DNA of 21,877 bases from a virus (Duplodnaviria > Heunggongvirae > Uroviricota > Caudoviricetes), in the IMG/VR virus record IMGVR_UViG_2695420643_000029; one strand, written 5' to 3'. The notes beneath the pieces are model-generated. The model saw only the letters and a program-made list of their open reading frames with translations, was not told the DNA's origin and did no database searches. The first letter of the stretch is position 1; every line of letters starts with the position of its first letter. A program made the position numbers and the translations under genes. Below, in pieces: positions 16,950 to 21,877 of this stretch.

Positions 16950-18896
16950 ATGACATTTAAACATTATGATGTTGTCAGGGCGGCGTCGCCGTCAGACCTT
17001 GCTGATGCACTTGCTCAAAAAATTCGTGAAGGATGGCAACCATACGGCGGGCCGTTTTCTTCGTATACGGATGATGGCGCAGCACTTATTCAGGCGATTG
17101 TCGCAGAAGGTGATGTGAGCACACCTGTTGTGGTGAAGCCGACAGGTGGAGAAGGTGCAGTAATCAGCGCCACCAGCGACCCGGAGTATTACTTTGTTGT
17201 GGTTCTGGCGGGGCAGTCAAACAGCATGGCATATGGTGAAGGCCTTCCGCTGCCGGAGACATATGACCGTCCGGACCCGCGCATTAAGCAGCTGGCGCGT
17301 CGCAGTACGGTGACACCGGGCGGTGTCGCCTGTAAATATAACGACATCATTCCGGCGGACCATTGTCTGCATGATGTGCAGGACATGAGCCGCCTTAACC
17401 ATCCGAAAGCGGACCTGTCAAAGGGGCAGTACGGAACCGTGGGGCAGGGGCTGCATATCGCCAAAAAATTGCTGCCGTTTATACCGGCGAATGCGGGCAT
17501 TCTGCTGGTTCCGTGCTGTCGTGGTGGTTCAGCGTTCACCACCGGAGCTGATGGCACATACAGTGACGCGAGTGGTGCTTCGGAGAATTCAACCCGCTGG
17601 GGTGTGGACAAGCCGCTGTATAAGGACCTTATCGGTCGAACAAAAGCAGCACTGAAGAAGAACCCGAAAAATGTGCTGTTTGCCGTGGTGTGGATGCAGG
17701 GGGAATTTGATTTTGGCGGTACGCCGGCAAATCACGCAGCACAGTTTGGTGCGCTGGTTGATAAATTCCGTGCAGACCTGGCGGATATGGCAGGTCAGTG
17801 CGTCGGTGGCTCTGCTGGCGGTGTTCCCTGGATATGTGGAGATACGACGTATTTCTGGAAGCAGAAGAACGAATCCACGTACCAGACGGTGTACGGCAGC
17901 TATAAAAACAAAACGGAAAAGAATATCCATTTCGTACCGTTCATGACCGATGAGAACGGGGTGAATGTGCCGACGAACAAACCGGAAGAAGACCCGGACA
18001 TTCCGGGTATCGGATATTACGGTTCGAAATGGCGTGACAGCTCAGCCACCTGGACGTCACAGGACAGGGCGAGCCATTTCAGCGCCTGGGCACGCCGTGG
18101 GATTATTTCCGACCGTCTGGCAACGGCGATTTTGCGCCATGCGGGAAGAGTGGCGCTAAACGCGGGGGCATCATCGACAGTATCAGAGGTGCGCCCTTCA
18201 TCGCCTTCCGATGCAGAAGCCACAGGCGTCACAACACTGCTCTCTTACCTTGCCAGCGAGTCAGAGGGAAGCCTGAAAGTACAGGGATGGTCAGCCAGTG
18301 GCGGCAGGGCAGAAGTGGTCAGCGATGCGGAGGGAACCGGAGGTAAGGCAGTGAAGCTGACCAAGGAGGCCGGTAAAAGCAGCTGGGTGCTGGAGTACGC
18401 CGCGGGCAACGGTGCGGCTCTGTTACAGAAAGGGGGGCAGATTCGCTGCCGCTTTAAGGTTTCGGGAGCGCTGGCTGCGAACCAGTATGTTATGGCGTTT
18501 TACTGGCCGGTATCTTCACTGCCACAGGGCGTTGCCCTGACCGGAGACGGGGGGAATAACCTGCTGGCAGCGTTCTACATCCAGACAGATGCAAAAGACC
18601 TGAATGTGATGTACCACAATGCGAAAGTGGCGACAAACAACCTGAAACTGGGAACCTTTGGCGCATTTGATAACGAATGGCATACGCTGGCTTTCCGCTT
18701 TGCCGGGAATAACAGCCTTCAGGTGACGCCGGTTATTGATGGTCAGGATGGCACACCGTTCACGCTGACGCAGTCACCGGTCAGTGCATTTGCGGCGGAT
18801 AAACTGCATGTGACAGACATTACCAGGAGTGCGACTTACCCGGTGCTGATTGACAGCATTGCGGTGGAAGTGAACAGCACAGACACTGCGGCATGA
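16950..18896 (+). CDS. nanS-p: Prophage sialate O-acetylesterase-like protein (NanS-p type; SGNH/SASA esterase core)
   Basis: 648 aa; GQSN motif in FVVVLAGQSNSMAYG; GGGAGG SD; position between Q region and lysis cassette as in Stx-type lambdoid prophages. Confidence 0.65.
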   Translation: MTFKHYDVVRAASPSDLADALAQKIREGWQPYGGPFSSYTDDGAALIQAIVAEGDVSTPVVVKPTGGEGAVISATSDPEYYFVVVLAGQSNSMAYGEGLPLPETYDRPDPRIKQLARRSTVTPGGVACKYNDIIPADHCLHDVQDMSRLNHPKADLSKGQYGTVGQGLHIAKKLLPFIPANAGILLVPCCRGGSAFTTGADGTYSDASGASENSTRWGVDKPLYKDLIGRTKAALKKNPKNVLFAVVWMQGEFDFGGTPANHAAQFGALVDKFRADLADMAGQCVGGSAGGVPWICGDTTYFWKQKNESTYQTVYGSYKNKTEKNIHFVPFMTDENGVNVPTNKPEEDPDIPGIGYYGSKWRDSSATWTSQDRASHFSAWARRGIISDRLATAILRHAGRVALNAGASSTVSEVRPSSPSDAEATGVTTLLSYLASESEGSLKVQGWSASGGRAEVVSDAEGTGGKAVKLTKEAGKSSWVLEYAAGNGAALLQKGGQIRCRFKVSGALAANQYVMAFYWPVSSLPQGVALTGDGGNNLLAAFYIQTDAKDLNVMYHNAKVATNNLKLGTFGAFDNEWHTLAFRFAGNNSLQVTPVIDGQDGTPFTLTQSPVSAFAADKLHVTDITRSATYPVLIDSIAVEVNSTDTAA

Positions 18897-19032
18897 TAAA
18901 AAAAACCGCCAGCGACAGGAATGGACGCTGGCGGTGGTAATACCTATGGAGAAAAAATAAAGGAACGATACTTTCGTACTCTGGTTTTTTAATGAAAACA
19001 GTTCTTATTGTCAACAATAACGGAAAGAAATT

Positions 19033-19212
19033 ATGACATTTCTGAACCAGTTAATGCTGTACTTCTGTACGGTGGTCTGTGTGCTGTATCTCCTTTCGGG
19101 TGGGTACAGGGCCATGCGTGACTTCTGGCGCAGACAGATTGACAAAAGGGCCGCTGAGAAAATCAGCGCCAGTCAGTCAGCCGGAAGCAAACCCGAAGAG
19201 CCGCTCATTTAG
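19033..19212 (+). CDS. Small hypothetical membrane protein (59 aa)
   Basis: Hand-translated MTFLNQLMLYFCTVVCVLYLLSGGYRAMRDFWRRQIDKRAAEKISASQSAGSKPEEPLI; hydrophobic N-terminus. Confidence 0.4.
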   Translation: MTFLNQLMLYFCTVVCVLYLLSGGYRAMRDFWRRQIDKRAAEKISASQSAGSKPEEPLI

Positions 19213-19252
19213 CGGCAACTTTCTTAATCACATCTTTCGACGAGAAAATCCC

Positions 19253-19498
19253 ATGTCAGAAATTACATCCCTGGTCACTGCTGAAGCAGTGAAGGAAGTC
19301 CTGCGCTCTGAAGAAGTCCGGAGCGCACTGAAACAGAAACTTCGCCATAACCTGGAAGCGCGTCTTGATGCAGAAGTGGATGCCATTCTGGATGAACTGC
19401 TGGGCGCACCGGCAGCTCCGGAGCCGGAAGGCATCGCGGGTGAGGGGAGTGCTTCAGATAGCGGTGACCCCACACCGGACAGCGACATGATGATGTAA
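19253..19498 (+). CDS. Small hypothetical acidic protein (81 aa)
   Basis: [50 protein letters not shown]...; longest ORF from 19079 overlaps previous ORF. Confidence 0.5.
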   Translation: MSEITSLVTAEAVKEVLRSEEVRSALKQKLRHNLEARLDAEVDAILDELLGAPAAPEPEGIAGEGSASDSGDPTPDSDMMM

Positions 19499-19575
19499 GC
19501 ATGCGTCAGGGACCATCGGTGTGTGCCGGTGGTCTTTTTTATTGTTGTGAGCTTCCGGATTGCGGGAGGCGGGGT

Positions 19576-19791
19576 ATGAACCAGATGGAAAAAATCACAA
19601 CAGGTGTGTCATACACCACGTCAGCGGTGGGAACGGGCTACTGGTTCCTGCAGTTGCTGGACAGGGTTTCCCCGTCTCAGTGGGCGGCAATAGGCGTGCT
19701 GGGGAGTCTGCTGTTTGGTCTGTTGACGTACCTGACGAACCTGTATTTCAAAATCAGAGAGGACCGTCGTAAGGCGGCGCGGGGAGAGTAG
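19576..19791 (+). CDS. S: Class II holin / pinholin (phage-21 S-like) with dual-start motif
   Basis: 71 aa [71 protein letters not shown]; two in-frame Met starts (19576, 19585); GGGAGG SD. Confidence 0.85.
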   Translation: MNQMEKITTGVSYTTSAVGTGYWFLQLLDRVSPSQWAAIGVLGSLLFGLLTYLTNLYFKIREDRRKAARGE

Positions 19792-19794
19792 ACG

Positions 19795-20436
19795 ATGAAC
19801 CATGAAGAAATGAATCAGCGCATAAGTTGCCTGGAAAATGAAATCACTGAACTGAATAAAAAACTGTCGGTGCTGATGGTTTCTGAAGATGAAAAAAAAC
19901 GCCGCGATGAGCAGGAAGCAGCGTTTTACGATGATTGCATCAAAATTGCTCGCAGGACCTTTGCGAAGATTTTGCAGGAAAAGTTTTTACCGACCGCATT
20001 GTCAGAAAAGTACTCCATTACAGTTAAAAGTGCCGGAGAGGAAGGCAATAAACGTTATTTTATTGCGTCTGCACCGGATAAAGACCAGGAATGGGAGTGT
20101 AATCGGCCATCTTTTATTGTGACCAGCGATGACTGGAATATCACGATCAGTGAAGATGGAAAAGTAACACCAGCATCGCACCAGCACAGTGAGGCGCTCA
20201 TTGAATTTGCCATTGATTACCTGAAGAACAATAAAAAGCAGGGACTAATGAAGCGCATTGGTCGTTGCATGGGATATCTGCAGGTAGCTGCTGAGATTGA
20301 AGCGCTGGCCAGTGGTGCGGACAAGGATGCAGTTGTGCGGGAGGCTCTTCTTCGTGATTTTGATAATCCGCCCTTTAAAAAAGTGCCGGCTTACTGGTTT
20401 CATCCAGGACTGACTTATCTTAAAGGACGTATATAA
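19795..20436 (+). CDS. Unknown 213-aa protein inserted between holin and endolysin
   Basis: ORF with GGGGAGAG SD, starts 4 nt after holin stop; N-terminal coiled-coil-like segment; no catalytic motif recognised. Confidence 0.7.
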   Translation: MNHEEMNQRISCLENEITELNKKLSVLMVSEDEKKRRDEQEAAFYDDCIKIARRTFAKILQEKFLPTALSEKYSITVKSAGEEGNKRYFIASAPDKDQEWECNRPSFIVTSDDWNITISEDGKVTPASHQHSEALIEFAIDYLKNNKKQGLMKRIGRCMGYLQVAAEIEALASGADKDAVVREALLRDFDNPPFKKVPAYWFHPGLTYLKGRI

Positions 20437-20478
20437 GCTGGCTCGTTATCTGTTGCCGATAAATCCTGATAAATATCC

Positions 20479-21012
20479 ATGAACACCAAAATCAAATACG
20501 GCCTGTCGGCTGCCGTTCTGGCGCTGATTGCCGCTGGTGCGTCTGCGCCTGAAATTCTCGACCAGTTTCTTGACGAAAAAGAAGGTAACCACACCACGGC
20601 ATACCGTGATGGTGCGGGGATCTGGACCATCTGCCGTGGAGCCACCCGGGTGGATGGTAAGCCTGTTATTCCCAGCATGAAGCTGTCGAAGGCAAAATGC
20701 GCTCAGGTTAACGCCATTGAGCGTAATAAGGCGCTGGCATGGGTGGAGAAAAACATCAAAGTGCCATTGACCGAACCACAGAAAGCGGGGATTGCGTCAT
20801 TCTGTCCGTACAACATTGGCCCCGGTAAGTGTTTCCCGTCGACGTTTTATAAACGAATTAATGCAGGCGATCGCAGGGGGGCGTGTGAGGCGATTCGCTG
20901 GTGGATTAAGGACGGTGGCAGAGACTGCCGTATTCGCTCAAACAACTGTTACGGTCAGGTATCCCGTCGCGACCAGGAGAGTGCGCTGGCGTGCTGGGGA
21001 ATTGACAGATAA
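20479..21012 (+). CDS. R: SAR endolysin (T4-lysozyme-like muramidase with N-terminal signal-anchor-release domain)
   Basis: 177 aa; hydrophobic N-terminus YGLSAAVLALIAAGASA; catalytic-region pattern EGNHTTAYRDGAGIWTICRG. Confidence 0.85.
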   Translation: MNTKIKYGLSAAVLALIAAGASAPEILDQFLDEKEGNHTTAYRDGAGIWTICRGATRVDGKPVIPSMKLSKAKCAQVNAIERNKALAWVEKNIKVPLTEPQKAGIASFCPYNIGPGKCFPSTFYKRINAGDRRGACEAIRWWIKDGGRDCRIRSNNCYGQVSRRDQESALACWGIDR

Positions 21013-21105
21013 GCAGAATATTTTGCTGAAAAATGCGGTTTGCTCACACGGACGGATAACACGAAATCCTGCGAACTGACAAAAACTAAGTGAATAAAAG
21101 TAAAA

Positions 21106-21140
21106 AACCCCGTTTGTTGGCTGCAAGCGGGGTTTTGTGT
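21106..21140 (+). terminator. Hairpin terminator between endolysin and spanin genes
   Basis: CCCCGTTTG-TTGGCTG-CAAGCGGGG followed by TTTTGTGTTT. Confidence 0.55.
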
Positions 21141-21172
21141 TTCCTGACTCTGGAAAAGTCAAAGGAGAAAGT

Positions 21173-21310
21173 GTGTTTGATTTTAGCAAACTGATTCGGG
21201 AGATTCGAGTGATGGCTGAAAAATTATCCACCTGGAAGTTCATTCTTATCTGGCTGGTGTTTGTGATTATGGCCTCCGGTTATTTCATCGGTCAGATACG
21301 CTGGTGGTGA
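21173..21310 (+). CDS. Possible small membrane peptide upstream of Rz (45 aa, GTG start)
   Basis: AAGGAG SD 5 nt upstream of GTG; hydrophobic WKFILIWLVFVIMASGYFIG; stop 1 nt before Rz ATG. Confidence 0.35.
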   Translation: MFDFSKLIREIRVMAEKLSTWKFILIWLVFVIMASGYFIGQIRWW

Positions 21311-21311
21311 A

Positions 21312-21806
21312 ATGAACCGCGTACTGTGCGTGGTCATCATTGCCCTGCTGGTGGCCTGTGGTGCGCTTAGTCTGGGGCTGAATCATTACCGTGATAACGC
21401 CATAACCTACAAAGAGCAGCGCGATAAAAAAGTCAGTGAGCTGGAGCAGGCAAATGCAACCATTACTGATATGCAGCAGCGCCAGCGTGATGTTGCTGCA
21501 CTCGATGCAAAATACTCGAGGGAATTAGCCGATGCGAGAGCTGAAAATGAAACTCTGCGTGCTGATGTTGCCGCTGGTCGTAAGCGCCTGCGGATCAACG
21601 CCACCTGCCCCGGTACCGTGCGTGAAGCCACCGGCACCTCCGGCGTGGATAATGCAACCGGCCCCCGACTGGCAGACACCGCTGAACGGGATTATTTCAT
21701 CCTCAGAGAACGGTTGATGACAATGCAGAAGCAGCTGGAAGGGGCGCAGGAATATATCCGCACTCAGTGCACTAAGCTGGCTTTTTATTATCCGGAGGAT
21801 ACATGA
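21312..21806 (+). CDS. Rz: Rz i-spanin
   Basis: 164 aa with lambda-Rz-like NHYRDNAITYKEQRDK...QRQRDVAALDAKYSRELADA...RLADTAERDYFILRERL. Confidence 0.9.
   Translation: MNRVLCVVIIALLVACGALSLGLNHYRDNAITYKEQRDKKVSELEQANATITDMQQRQRDVAALDAKYSRELADARAENETLRADVAAGRKRLRINATCPGTVREATGTSGVDNATGPRLADTAERDYFILRERLMTMQKQLEGAQEYIRTQCTKLAFYYPEDT
21532..21717 (+). CDS. Rz1: Rz1 o-spanin lipoprotein embedded in +1 frame of Rz
   Basis: 61 aa MRELKMKLCVLMLPLVVSACGSTPPAPVPCVKPPAPPAWIMQPAPDWQTPLNGIISSSENG; lipobox-like LVVSAC; Pro-rich. Confidence 0.85.
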   Translation: MRELKMKLCVLMLPLVVSACGSTPPAPVPCVKPPAPPAWIMQPAPDWQTPLNGIISSSENG

Positions 21807-21877
21807 AGAAATTACTGGTAACCGTAAAGCCTTTTCAGGGAACAATTCCGTTCCGTGTTTTGCAGCGTGGTCGTGTT
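21803..21877 (+). CDS. 5' end of a further ORF (MKKLLVTVKPFQGTIPFRVLQRGRV...), truncated by window end
   Basis: ATG overlaps Rz stop (ATGA); only 25 codons visible. Confidence 0.3.
   Translation, partial: MKKLLVTVKPFQGTIPFRVLQRGRV

Noticed and set aside
17189-18232. ORFs inside or antisense to nanS-p (17189-17611, 17217-17402, 17589-17930, 17671-17946, 17965-18159, 18017-18232)
   Set aside because: Embedded in the long esterase frame; Arg/Cys-rich artefactual translations.
19228-20187. Alternative-frame and antisense ORFs in the lysis region (19228-19488, 19275-19502, 19560-19772, 19621-19803, 19889-20122, 20002-20187)
   Set aside because: Overlap the holin and neighbouring genes, whose frames are supported by motifs and SDs.
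20415-21679. ORFs 20415-20678 (-), 20792-21079 (+), 20938-21243 (-), 21407-21679 (-) and 21525-21845 (-)
   Set aside because: Antisense or out of frame relative to the endolysin and Rz; only the +1-frame Rz1 (21532-21717) is accepted as a genuine embedded gene.
1-21877. CRISPR arrays, IS elements/transposases, att core repeats, stx toxin genes
   Set aside because: No regularly spaced direct repeats, no transposase-like ORFs, and no toxin A/B subunit ORFs were found. The att site would lie beyond the window edge next to int.

Overview
The window is a ~21.9 kb slice of a mosaic lambdoid prophage of the E. coli Rac type, running from the integrase to the lysis cassette. Leftward arm (minus strand): int, xis, ydaC-like, ralR/lar, recT, recE, ydaE, kilR, a Rha-like regulator, ydaF/ydaG-like small genes and a cI-like repressor. 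Rightward arm (plus strand): Cro-like ydaS, ydaT, an O-like initiator carrying iteron-like palindromes, a DnaC-like loader, a nin-like region, a Q-like antiterminator, a tRNA-like element, a nanS-p-type esterase, and a pinholin / SAR-endolysin / Rz-Rz1 lysis cassette. The most interesting part is an AT-rich cargo islet (about 12.09-14.43 kb) between the replication genes and Q. It carries a two-gene operon (unknown 216-aa protein plus an XRE-HTH / HExxH metallopeptidase fusion) next to a Hok-family type I toxin locus; I read this as a candidate toxin-antitoxin or anti-phage module. Other notable points are an extra gene wedged between holin and endolysin, a tRNA-like element with no acceptor-stem pairing, and a toxin-less but hairpin-rich locus where Stx phages carry stx. 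No CRISPR array, IS element or att site was seen. All calls come from reading the sequence and recalled protein families; no database search or computation was run.
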